From a virus, in the IMG/VR virus record IMGVR_UViG_3300037308_000149, positions 1 through 59,632 of that record: 59,632 bases of DNA, one strand, 5' to 3'. Below, piece by piece: positions 1-8,848 of the stretch. The notes beneath the pieces were generated by a model. It did not search any database. It saw only the letters and a program-made list of their open reading frames with translations, and was not told the DNA's origin. Each line of letters begins with the position of its first letter. Within the stretch, counting starts at the first letter, position 1. Position numbers and translations under genes: made by a program.

Positions 1-127
1 GTTCCAGCCGCCACTTCAGTTCGCCGCCGGTGTCCTTGTTCACCGTCACATGGAGAGCCTTCTCCAGCACCGCTGTCTCTGATGGGTCAGCGGGCTCAGG
101 AAACAACACGCTGGCATTCCTGGCCCA
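1..127. repeat. Terminal direct repeat copy 1 (identical to 59506..59632). Read as the assembly overlap of a circular or circularly permuted genome.
   Basis: Read directly: the first 127 bases equal the last 127 bases. The repeat sits inside the terL reading frame. Confidence 0.95.
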
Positions 128-1087
128 AGGGATGTCAATCAGAGCACGAGCGATCTCGTTCGTATCCTTGTGGGTCACGCGGTACTCACCGACCACATAC
201 ACGTTGTCAAACACGTCAACCTGGATGGCCAACCAGACGAATGGGTTGGACCACCCGTAGTCCGTTGCTGCGTAAAGAGGAAGGTCTGGTCGGTATGGAT
301 AGTCACCGACGTGGATCTCCTCATCGAAGTCCTTGAACACACGACCCACAAACTCGGTGAAGTCAGCCGCCACCTCTTGGTTGAAGCGTTCGGCTGACAT
401 GTCGGCTTCCATCTCGAGGATCTCTGGATCTTGCCGCCCACCAGGGAACACATGGCTGTTTTCCCATGACGGCATACGCCAGGATGCCCACTGCGGCTTG
501 GAGGGATCTTGTCCAGCACGCCACCTCTCGTAGAACCAGTTCTTGCCTTCTGGTGTAGAAGTCAAGAGGCTCCAACCACCCTCGTCCGCAAGGGCAGGGC
601 GAAGATACTTGCCCCAGATGAATGGCTTCAGCTTCGCAGCCTCAACGAGCTCTACACCAAACAGTCCTTCACCGTCAAGACCCTCGGGATGCCGCGCAGA
701 CTTGCAATGGACCTGGAACAATCCATCCCACATGCTCACATGCATGAAGCCGCCAAGAGGATTGTTGTAGGATCCTGGCTTGTCGAGTGGCATCCCGAGG
801 CGCTTGAGATCGTCCCACAGAACCCGAAACTCCTTCTCGTCATCAGAGTAGTCAGGTCCAACGATCCAGAAACGCCTCTTCTTCCCCATCTGCTGCAATA
901 CGTCCCGGATACTGTAAGTGTAGATGGCCTCCGGAATCAGTTCGTGCCCACCGATCGTGCTCTTGCCAAAGCGTCGTCCACACGACGCAACGCGATGCCG
1001 CGCCATGCTGTGGTGGATGAGTTGCTGGCCCTTGTGCGGATCGTAGTTGAGGGAGGGCCAGATACGATCCTTGACGACGAATGGCAT
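1..1087 (-). CDS. terL: Terminase large subunit, N-terminal 362 codons. The ORF runs off the window start and continues at 59505..59186.
   Basis: Absent from the ORF track because it is open at base 1. Hand translation from the ATG at 1087 gives MPFVVKDRIWPSLNYDPHKGQQLIHHSMARHRVASCGRRFGKST (Walker A-like), then TSTPEGKNWFYERW and ATDYGWSNPFVWLAIQV. It reads in frame into the 127-bp overlap. Confidence 0.9.
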   Translation of the reverse strand, partial: MPFVVKDRIWPSLNYDPHKGQQLIHHSMARHRVASCGRRFGKSTIGGHELIPEAIYTYSIRDVLQQMGKKRRFWIVGPDYSDDEKEFRVLWDDLKRLGMPLDKPGSYNNPLGGFMHVSMWDGLFQVHCKSARHPEGLDGEGLFGVELVEAAKLKPFIWGKYLRPALADEGGWSLLTSTPEGKNWFYERWRAGQDPSKPQWASWRMPSWENSHVFPGGRQDPEILEMEADMSAERFNQEVAADFTEFVGRVFKDFDEEIHVGDYPYRPDLPLYAATDYGWSNPFVWLAIQVDVFDNVYVVGEYRVTHKDTNEIARALIDIPWARNASVLFPEPADPSETAVLEKALHVTVNKDTGGELKWRLE

Positions 1088-1095
1088 TGTAGGCT

Positions 1096-1347
1096 CTACT
1101 CCGTGTCGTCGGACGTTGTCGTGGTGATCTGTCGGCCAAAGCGCGGGTCAAGAGGATTCACCCACGCGATGATGATCGGCAACACCGCAATCAAACCAGC
1201 GGCCAACCACGCCATCCACTCGGACAGATCCCAGTGCACCACCTTGGTGTCAGTAAGATCTGCAAGCCACAGGCCCAGCACCACCGAGACGAACACCCGC
1301 AGCCAGCTGCCTACGGGGTTCTTGAGAAACAGCCATACCTTGCCCAT
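1096..1347 (-). CDS. Small two-TM membrane protein, holin-like
   Basis: The ATG at 1347 is preceded by GGAAGGAGGAACC. The 83-aa product MGKVWLFLKNPVGSWLRVFVSVVLGLWLADL...WLAAGLIAVLPIIIAWV has two hydrophobic segments and a charged C-terminus. Confidence 0.45.
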   Translation of the reverse strand: MGKVWLFLKNPVGSWLRVFVSVVLGLWLADLTDTKVVHWDLSEWMAWLAAGLIAVLPIIIAWVNPLDPRFGRQITTTTSDDTE

Positions 1348-1415
1348 GGTTCCTCCTTCCGTTGGAGTGGCCGGGAGACTCAGAGCTCGTCGGCAACTCC
1401 TTCGTCTCCCGACCA

Positions 1416-1787
1416 CTACCTCGTGGCTGCGATCTGCAGCACAGCCTCACCATACACCAGAACGGAGTCGTTGTCTCCGTCGCTGCGCTTCAACGCATGT
1501 GCAAACTCCTGCTGCGCACCGATCTCGAACTCAACACCAAGCGTATCTGCCGGGTCGATGTAGACCTCACACCGGCCATCTACCGCATTGGTGATCGTGA
1601 TGCCATCGCTTGTTGTCTTGGTGAGCAGAACATCTGTAGAGCTCGGTGTACGCCGCAGCACCCATTCAAGCTCCCAGTTGGTGATGTCTTGTGAGTTGTC
1701 GTCTGGGCGCAGGATGTGAAACTTCAACGTCTTCTTCTCTCCCACGAACCACTCATGCTCTTCTGTGATGGGCGAATACTGGGCCAT
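1416..1787 (-). CDS. Hypothetical protein (beta-rich; possibly structural)
   Basis: 123-aa ORF packed tightly between the giant repeat gene and the holin-like gene. No motif recognised. Confidence 0.6.
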   Translation of the reverse strand: MAQYSPITEEHEWFVGEKKTLKFHILRPDDNSQDITNWELEWVLRRTPSSTDVLLTKTTSDGITITNAVDGRCEVYIDPADTLGVEFEIGAQQEFAHALKRSDGDNDSVLVYGEAVLQIAATR

Positions 1788-1795
1788 GTCTCACC

Positions 1796-4700
1796 TCACT
1801 CCAACGAGACGCTCTCATCGTGAACACCAATCCAATCCTCGTCTGGTTCGTACACCCCGATGTGCTCACTACTTGTAGTGTACCGCCCCGACAGCTCAAT
1901 CGCCCATCGGTTGTACAGCAGAACAGCAATCGGCATGGCCTGGTCTGTCTCAGCGGAAGTCCAAACCATTGTTGCCCCAGGACGGATGAGCTGACTAGCG
2001 GAATCAACCTCCGCCGCAAGGCCAATGGCCCGAACCTTGAGCCGGCCAACAATGAAGGCTGTATCGCTCTCCAGGGCCTGCCCGATGGACACCTTCCTCA
2101 TCGACCCCACCATCAGAGCCACATCCAGCTCCTGGGCCATAGAAAGGGTTCGGGTCTTGTTCCGCGTCAACCCTCCGGCAGAGTCTGTTTCAGAGGCCAT
2201 GCCGATGGAGCGGACCTTCTTTCTGGTGATGAACTGAGCAGAATCGCTCTCTGCTGCTTGCCCAATCGGGAACTCGTTGGCGTGGCCAATGCTGAATGCC
2301 GAGTCTGTCTCTGTTGCGTCACCCACCAAGCGATGCTTCGGAGACCAAGCAACAGCATACGACGTATCGACCTCTGCCGCAAAGCCAAGCACAACACGCC
2401 TGACCAACCTATGCGCTGTATCCGTCTCGAGGGCCTGCCCAATGACGACAGTGCGGCGCAACGTGACACCAAAGGACGTATCCGACTCCAGAGCTTGGCC
2501 GATGGCATGTGCAGTGGCATGGAGCAACGCATGCGCTGTGTCGGACTCAACGGCCTGGCCAAGGAGCACAATCTTCTTCCGAAGCAGAGCTGTTGCCGTG
2601 TCTGCTTCTGCAGCCTGGCCAATGGCTGCGGTCTTCAGGCGGGAGATCTGGAAAGCCTCGTCTGTCTCGAGGGTCTGACCGATAAGCCGAGTCCCAGGAG
2701 CCTCAAGCGGGAATGCCGTGTCTGCTTCAGACGCCATTCCCACGAGACGACGAGGGACAAAGGTGACCGTCTGAGACGAATCAACTTCTGACGCAAGGCC
2801 AACCAGCCGACGCTTGGGAGCGTAGATGGCAAGAGCGGTGTCGCTTTCGATTGCCTGGGCCAGATGGAGGACGCGGTAATGCCCGACAGCAAATGCTGAA
2901 TCGGTCTCCACAGCCTGGCCAACGAGCCTGCTGCGCAACGGAGTTGCCGTGAACGCTGTATCAGTCTCTATGGCCAAGCCAACGGCGATCTTCCTGGTCG
3001 GTCGAGCCTCCTGTCCTGTGTCCGCCTCTAGAGCCTGACCGATTGCCTTGGTCCTGAGCGGTGTCGCAGCCCATGCCGTATCTGTCTCGCTGGCTTGCCC
3101 AACGGCAACCAGTTTCGTCTTGAGAACGGTGACGCCAAACGCCGTGTCCGTCTCTTGCGCTTGCGCGGTGTAGATTCGGTTGGGGCTCTCTGTGATGCCA
3201 AATGCCGTGTCCGTTTCTGTTGCTTGCCCGACGAGCTTGAACTTGGGCAACACCAGGGTGTGGGCCGTATCCGTCTCCAACGCCTGCGCCACAGGAACGA
3301 TGGATGGAGACAGATCGCTCTTGCGCTTCGGCGTCACAACCTGCGCGGTGTCTGCCTCTGACGACTGGCCCAGAGGGAACGCTCTTGCGTGGCCAACAGA
3401 GAAGGCTGTGTTCGTCTCCGTGGCCTGGCCCAAGGCGATGAAGTAGCGACGAATTGCCGTGATGGGCTGCGCTTCATCCGTCTCAAGAATCTGGTTCACC
3501 GGAATAGTGCGCAACGGAGGAGTAGCCTTGCCTGTATCCGTCTCTGTGACCATGCCGATGGCGTAGGTCCGCAGAGGCGTGACCGGCTGCGCCGTATCAA
3601 CCTCTTCTGCAAGGCCGATGGGATTGCCGCCAAGGAAGATTTGGAAGGCAGTGTCCGTTTCAGTTGCCAACCCCACGGCCACGATCTTTGGGATGATGAT
3701 GGCAGCTGCTGTGTCCTGCTCAGACGCTTGCCCCACAAGGCGACGAAGGTCGTATGTGACAGGCTGCGCCGTGTCTGTTTCGGACGACATCGAGACAAGA
3801 CGATGCTTTGGAGCCCAAGCCATTGGCTGGGCTGTGTCCGCCTCTACCGTCAGACCAACCAGCCGTCGCTCTTCAACCCCAACAGAGAACGCCGTATCTG
3901 TCTCAGTTGCTTGGCCAACATACACACGGTTCGGGTTCTCTGTGATTGGGAACGCTGTGTCTGCTTCTGACGTCAGACCAAGCATTCGGTGCTTCGGAGC
4001 CCATGCCGTGCCTTGGGCCGTATCGGCCTCTGACGCCTGACCAATTGCTTTCTGCTTCTTGATGAGCAGCGGCTGTGCAATGTCCGCCTCAATTGCCTGA
4101 CCGATTGACCTCTGTCGGTTGGGTGTCGCAGGCCAAGCAATGTCCGCCTCAATTGCCTGACCGATTGACTTGTTCTTCAGCCTCGTGATGGCGGTAGCAG
4201 TATCTGTCTCTGTCGCCAAGCCAACCGCCAGAGCCTTCGCGTGGGTGATGCTCGTGGCCGTGTCTGTTTCGGTTGCCATGCCAATGAGGCGCGTCTTGGG
4301 GATGGTGATCGCTTGCGCGGTATCTGTCTCCGTAGCCTGGAGAACATCCTCAACCAACGCAGACAAGATTGAGATCTCGCCATACGACAGAACGCCATTG
4401 TTGTCCCAGAGGTACGCGATCTTGGTGCCGTTTCTGTCGTACACCGTAGCATGGACCAGACCAGTGGTCACGTTGTTCTGCAGCTCTTCTTCGCTCCCTG
4501 TCCACGGGGCAATATCATGCCACAGATCTGTTGTAGCATCATCCACAAACAAAGCATGCAGAGTTGTGCCCGCCACCACCAGAGCAAATCGTCCCTCTGT
4601 GCTGTACACAGCATTCTCAACGGTGGTACTGCTAACATCGTCTGTTTGGGTCCATGTTGGCACATCAGCAGAGACGGCGGTCATGATGGAGAGAGCATCC

Positions 4701-6706
4701 GGGACGTTGTTGATGTAAAGAACCGCGAGCTTTGTGTCAGAACCATCCACATACGAGACAGGATGGCAATGCATTCCCTTGCTTGAGTTTCCCTGGTCTA
4801 GTTGCTGGCTCGAGCCTTGTCCTGCTGTGATGTGATGGAGCTGATCGCCGTTCTGGTTGAAGAAGACATGGATACGACTAGACGATCCGACGACAACAGA
4901 TGGCCGCGTGAGGAGCTGGCCTTCAACCAGCTTGAGTGAGAAATCGTATGACCAATCCCCATTACTGTCTCTGGTAGAGTACAAGAGCCAGCTTGTCATT
5001 GGATCGCCGTTGTCACTGGCACAATACACCACGACATGGTAGCCACTTAGATAAGCAACATCCGTTCCGATGGAAGGGTCCCATTCAGGCCCAAGGTCGC
5101 TCGCATCCTCGGCGGTGCCAAAGGACTCTGTGGTTGTATCATAACGAACAAACTGGATCTGGATACCTCCATACACTAAGTCAATATATGAACCAACGAC
5201 CACGCTGGATAGATGACGACCTACGCCGGACGCTCCTGTGTAGTGAGAGGCCATCTTGGACCATGTGCCGGTCGGATCTGACGCTCTGAACACAGAGACG
5301 TAGTTCCCGTCTTGGCCCTCAAGCACAGCATAGAAGTATGAACCGATCTTGTACGGACCTTGCCGGCCATTGCTGCTGCCGAGCTTGCCATTCGTGAAGA
5401 TGAACGTCCTAGAGGGAGTTGTGATTCGAGCGGTGTCAGTCTCCAGAACCTGTCCAACCGTAACAACCTTCTGTACAATTGGGGTGATGTTCTGCGCTGT
5501 ATCCGATTCTGTTGCCTGTCCAACCGCGATGTACTTCGGGAAGGAGAGGGTCTGGGTGAAGGTGATGAAGGAATCACCAGATGCACCCGCAGCCCCGGCA
5601 TAGTAGAGAGTTGCAGTGTAACTGGTTGCCATGCCCCCGTTGTAATCGTCAATGTAGACCCGCACACGAATCCGGGAGCCCACTGGCACAGAGTAATCGT
5701 CACCAGAGACAACGAACTCATTTGAACCCTCAGATGTAGACAACACATACGCATGGGGTGTCTTCGACCAGACAACAGGGTTCGCCCCGCTCGCATCACA
5801 GACAGCAATCTCAAGAACAGGCCTTACTTTAGCAAGGCTGTTGCTCTCCAATGCTCGGAGCTTCACCCACACTGCGCCCGTCAAGGTGAATGCGGCAACC
5901 TGATTCGAGAACCACTCCAAGTAGTTCCCACCAGCCCCAGCCGTCCACAACAACGCATTGGTGGGGCCTGCGACAGTGTTCACGGCCTTGCTCGTCGCGC
6001 CTGCGCCTCGTGACCTACTCAGGAGCTTGGCGTCGTAGGAAGCTCCGTTCGGATCGACCTCTGCAGCACTGTCCGTCAGATAGAGCGACGTGCCTGCGGG
6101 CTGGCTCGTGATGAACGAGAACGTCTCATTGAACTCGATGTACGAGTCACCAACAGCAGCCTGAGTATCCCCGTTGAAGTAGAACGTGCCGGTGTAGCCC
6201 GTGACCATCGTGTTCGCATCGTTCAGGGCCACACGAATACGAAGACGATCGCCCTTGTTGAGAGCGATTGACGCTGGGTCCGCCGTCCAGTTCTGTGCAG
6301 CGGCTGCAGAGTATGGGAGCTCCGAGCCCTTCTCAGAGTTGATGATGGTCGTGAGAGAACCGTCCGGTGCAAGCCGCTCGATGACACACTGGATACCAGT
6401 GTTGGCCGACATGCTGCTCTCAACGGCCCACAAATTGAACGTGATGAGCCCGTCAATGGTCACATCTTGGCCGAGAGGCGGTGAAAGCCATTCAAGCGGA
6501 TAGGTTCCGTCTGTGACCTCAACACCATTGGTAGCACCAGAGACCGTGTTGGCCGCAGCACTTACGTAGGCACTGCCCCTGCTATTGCTGAGCAACATCT
6601 GAGACCACCACGACGCATTGCCGTTCAACTTCGCGTCGTTGTTCACACGACCGTATGATGTGTAACTGCTGGCCACGCCGTTTTGGAAGTACAGGCGAGT
6701 TGCCAT
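1796..6706 (-). CDS. Giant repeat protein (1636 aa from the ATG at 6706). It has two paralogous N-terminal ~190-aa domains, a propeller-like core, and about 40 C-terminal ~20-aa repeats. Putative fibre or adhesin.
   Basis: Uninterrupted 4.9-kb ORF. The ATG at 6706 overlaps the upstream stop as TAATG. Repeat units include IGQATETDTAF, VGLATETDTAT and IGQALESDTAF. Asp-box-like turns SDPTGTW and RDSNGDW are present. Confidence 0.85.
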   Translation of the reverse strand: MATRLYFQNGVASSYTSYGRVNNDAKLNGNASWWSQMLLSNSRGSAYVSAAANTVSGATNGVEVTDGTYPLEWLSPPLGQDVTIDGLITFNLWAVESSMSANTGIQCVIERLAPDGSLTTIINSEKGSELPYSAAAAQNWTADPASIALNKGDRLRIRVALNDANTMVTGYTGTFYFNGDTQAAVGDSYIEFNETFSFITSQPAGTSLYLTDSAAEVDPNGASYDAKLLSRSRGAGATSKAVNTVAGPTNALLWTAGAGGNYLEWFSNQVAAFTLTGAVWVKLRALESNSLAKVRPVLEIAVCDASGANPVVWSKTPHAYVLSTSEGSNEFVVSGDDYSVPVGSRIRVRVYIDDYNGGMATSYTATLYYAGAAGASGDSFITFTQTLSFPKYIAVGQATESDTAQNITPIVQKVVTVGQVLETDTARITTPSRTFIFTNGKLGSSNGRQGPYKIGSYFYAVLEGQDGNYVSVFRASDPTGTWSKMASHYTGASGVGRHLSSVVVGSYIDLVYGGIQIQFVRYDTTTESFGTAEDASDLGPEWDPSIGTDVAYLSGYHVVVYCASDNGDPMTSWLLYSTRDSNGDWSYDFSLKLVEGQLLTRPSVVVGSSSRIHVFFNQNGDQLHHITAGQGSSQQLDQGNSSKGMHCHPVSYVDGSDTKLAVLYINNVPDALSIMTAVSADVPTWTQTDDVSSTTVENAVYSTEGRFALVVAGTTLHALFVDDATTDLWHDIAPWTGSEEELQNNVTTGLVHATVYDRNGTKIAYLWDNNGVLSYGEISILSALVEDVLQATETDTAQAITIPKTRLIGMATETDTATSITHAKALAVGLATETDTATAITRLKNKSIGQAIEADIAWPATPNRQRSIGQAIEADIAQPLLIKKQKAIGQASEADTAQGTAWAPKHRMLGLTSEADTAFPITENPNRVYVGQATETDTAFSVGVEERRLVGLTVEADTAQPMAWAPKHRLVSMSSETDTAQPVTYDLRRLVGQASEQDTAAAIIIPKIVAVGLATETDTAFQIFLGGNPIGLAEEVDTAQPVTPLRTYAIGMVTETDTGKATPPLRTIPVNQILETDEAQPITAIRRYFIALGQATETNTAFSVGHARAFPLGQSSEADTAQVVTPKRKSDLSPSIVPVAQALETDTAHTLVLPKFKLVGQATETDTAFGITESPNRIYTAQAQETDTAFGVTVLKTKLVAVGQASETDTAWAATPLRTKAIGQALEADTGQEARPTRKIAVGLAIETDTAFTATPLRSRLVGQAVETDSAFAVGHYRVLHLAQAIESDTALAIYAPKRRLVGLASEVDSSQTVTFVPRRLVGMASEADTAFPLEAPGTRLIGQTLETDEAFQISRLKTAAIGQAAEADTATALLRKKIVLLGQAVESDTAHALLHATAHAIGQALESDTSFGVTLRRTVVIGQALETDTAHRLVRRVVLGFAAEVDTSYAVAWSPKHRLVGDATETDSAFSIGHANEFPIGQAAESDSAQFITRKKVRSIGMASETDSAGGLTRNKTRTLSMAQELDVALMVGSMRKVSIGQALESDTAFIVGRLKVRAIGLAAEVDSASQLIRPGATMVWTSAETDQAMPIAVLLYNRWAIELSGRYTTSSEHIGVYEPDEDWIGVHDESVSLE
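1940..4345 (-). repeat. Protein-level tandem array: about 40 units of 18-22 codons built on G-x-A-x-E-x-D-T-A
   Basis: I listed 40 consecutive units in the translated ORF. Codons differ between units, so the DNA copies are diverged. Confidence 0.8.
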
Positions 6707-6933
6707 TATGGCCTCACCCACCTATGCCATGGCCTGCGGTGCGGTGCAGGCGCATTGAGATCTCTGATCCCAGGCCATCCGTTGATACGGAACCATATCC
6801 GCTTCCAGAGAGGCGTCTGAAGCGTATCAAATCTCTGGTCATGGTCTGACACCATACGCTCCATCTGCTCAACCCTGACAGTCAACGAGTTGAGTTGCTG
6901 TTCAGCCTCCTCACGGGAACGGATCTTGACCAC
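6706..6933 (-). CDS. Hypothetical small protein (coiled-coil-like N-terminus)
   Basis: GTG start at 6933, directly after the upstream stop. REEAEQQLNSLTVRVEQMERMV is heptad-like. Confidence 0.45.
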   Translation of the reverse strand: MVKIRSREEAEQQLNSLTVRVEQMERMVSDHDQRFDTLQTPLWKRIWFRINGWPGIRDLNAPAPHRRPWHRWVRP

Positions 6934-6934
6934 G

Positions 6935-7822
6935 CTACTTCACCGTCCTCACCTGCCACCGATGCGAATGGGAGGAGATGCTTTGGTCTGAGTAGGAATT
7001 GCTCAACACTGTGTCCAGATGGACACCGTCCCGGAAGACCTCGTACGCAGTCGCTCCTGTGACCGCATTCCAGGACAGGTCTACACGGTTCTCGCTGATG
7101 ATCGTGGCCACCAGATTCCGAGGCTTGCCAAACGTCGCCATGCTCGGAGCTGTATCGGCCTCAGACGATTGATTGACTGGCGTGGCCTGCCCTGAAGAGG
7201 CGTGGACGACAACGAGTTTGGGGTCGTAAGTGGTGCCGGTTTCATCGGCAGCCGAGAAGTGGACGGCTTCGTACCACCTCCATTGTGACCCTGGTTGGTT
7301 GCCCGCCACATGACGGGACGAACACAGCAGCATTCGTGTCGAACCGGTCTTGCTCACGTTGGACGCAAAGGCCGTTTCGGACGTGAAGTCCTTGTACTCG
7401 CCCGTCGAGCCGATACCACTCGTAGCCTTCGTCGCCAACAGCGTTTTGCTTGAAAGGTCAGCACCGGCTACCCAGTCAGCCTCGGAGAGACTGCTGCCGT
7501 AGTCATGCACGCGAACCTGAACGGTGAACTCCGCATCGGTGGAAATGTCAGTCGCCAGCCAGAGCGACAAGATTGCGGAGCTGATGGTGTCTTCGTCGGG
7601 GATGTCCGACGTAACAAACCCGATGAATCCCTCCGAACACGCGAAATAGTCAGTGTACCCCAACCACGAACTACCGGTTTGCATGTTCTCCTGGCCGACC
7701 GCAATCACGGTACTGCTAGGCCAAACGTGGAAACCGGTACCTGAGCGGCAGGTCGTGTAGTCAGACGAGTTGGACTCGATGTACCCATCGTTCGTATCGC
7801 TGTAGAACGTGGAGGTGGTCAC
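6935..7822 (-). CDS. Putative structural or accessory protein: a DNRLRE/CBM-like N-terminal domain, one SEADTA motif, and a C-terminal FN3-like domain
   Basis: 295-aa ORF. TFYSDTNDGYI...ISSAILSLWL...DPKLVV resembles DNRLRE-type domains. The C-terminus NLVATIISENRVDLSWNAVTGATAYEVFRDG is FN3-like. Confidence 0.6.
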   Translation of the reverse strand: MTTSTFYSDTNDGYIESNSSDYTTCRSGTGFHVWPSSTVIAVGQENMQTGSSWLGYTDYFACSEGFIGFVTSDIPDEDTISSAILSLWLATDISTDAEFTVQVRVHDYGSSLSEADWVAGADLSSKTLLATKATSGIGSTGEYKDFTSETAFASNVSKTGSTRMLLCSSRHVAGNQPGSQWRWYEAVHFSAADETGTTYDPKLVVVHASSGQATPVNQSSEADTAPSMATFGKPRNLVATIISENRVDLSWNAVTGATAYEVFRDGVHLDTVLSNSYSDQSISSHSHRWQVRTVK

Positions 7823-8481
7823 AGCCGATGCACCGCCTGTTCGCGGGTGAACGGTGTTCGGGCTTCTAGCGCAGACTCAACTTCCCGAGTCTCGTCATCG
7901 ACCACTACCACGCCATCCCAGGGATTGCCCCGATTCGGCCTGACCCGTTGAGTCGCCTGCGCCCGACGAACCTGTTCCGACGTCGCGCCCCAGCCGAGCC
8001 ACTTGAACAGGTCGGTCCACACGATGCGGTCGGGCGTCGTGATGTAGGCGTCCGGTCGTTCCTCAAGGACCCGAGAGTGCATCTCCCGGTAGACCCACAA
8101 CAGTTGCTCGACCTGCGTCCCATCGGGAATGGATATCTGCGGCAGGTCACCATCCCATATGCGCCGACGTTCAGGGCGCATCAAGCCGAACGCGACAGCA
8201 GAGCGAACCCACACCTCAGCGGGACGCCACAGATGGATGACCTTGCCATTCAGTCGCTCTGAAACGAAGCAGAGCCAGAACGCCACCTCGTTCGGGTGCG
8301 GCACGATGGCAGCGACTTCTGCATCCGTGACAGGCTGACGAGTCCAACTACGTCGGTTTACCCTCCGTGCATCCGCGTTGAACGCGTCCCGGCATTCGTG
8401 GTGTGTTTCGTTCACGACAGACAAACACCGGGCGAGCATGGTGGTCCCTGAGCGCGGCGGACCGACGCCGTAGACGTTCAT
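7819..8481 (-). CDS. Sulfotransferase-like protein (P-loop-type PAPS-binding motif)
   Basis: The ATG at 8481 overlaps the upstream stop (ATGA). MNVYGVGPPRSGTTML matches the 5-prime-PSB loop, and LWRPAEVWVRS is 3-prime-PB-like. Confidence 0.55.
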   Translation of the reverse strand: MNVYGVGPPRSGTTMLARCLSVVNETHHECRDAFNADARRVNRRSWTRQPVTDAEVAAIVPHPNEVAFWLCFVSERLNGKVIHLWRPAEVWVRSAVAFGLMRPERRRIWDGDLPQISIPDGTQVEQLLWVYREMHSRVLEERPDAYITTPDRIVWTDLFKWLGWGATSEQVRRAQATQRVRPNRGNPWDGVVVVDDETREVESALEARTPFTREQAVHRL

Positions 8482-8831
8482 TCTGACCATCCCAACTGAC
8501 GAGCGCGGAACGTCACGGCATCGTAGACCATCGCTTTCGCCGCGTTCAAGACCTCGGACGTGTCGATGATGGGTTCGCCGTCTCCGTAGTACCCGATGAC
8601 GATACCTAACGGCGGGTTGAAGAACTGGTATGGGTTGTCGGTAGGCAACGGCCCGTTCGCGTCCTCGGCTGTGATCGTTGCTCCGATGCCATTGCCGTCC
8701 GGCGTCATATACGGATTCTCTGCGGTAAATGTGATCCCGCGATCCGTCCAGCGCAACCTTCTCCGAGGCCCAGTCGCAATCTGGAGCCAACGGTCGTAGT
8801 GCGCCTGCGCTCGTTCTGCAGCGGTCGGCAT
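8478..8831 (-). CDS. Hypothetical protein
   Basis: 117-aa ORF with globular-looking composition. Its stop overlaps the next start. Confidence 0.6.
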   Translation of the reverse strand: MPTAAERAQAHYDRWLQIATGPRRRLRWTDRGITFTAENPYMTPDGNGIGATITAEDANGPLPTDNPYQFFNPPLGIVIGYYGDGEPIIDTSEVLNAAKAMVYDAVTFRARQLGWSE

Positions 8832-8848
8832 CTTCAGTTGTCTGACGA

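Noticed and set aside
1-127. The terminal repeat as a genuine physical terminal redundancy, LTR or IS end
   Set aside because: The repeat lies inside the terL ORF, which is intact only when the ends are merged. That is consistent with an assembly overlap.
509-1594. 361-aa plus-strand ORF, and the minus-strand ORFs 175..519 and 852..1151, at the window start
   Set aside because: They lie antisense to or out of frame within the terL and holin-like coding region, which has clear terminase motifs. Their products are Arg/Pro/Ser-rich and not protein-like.
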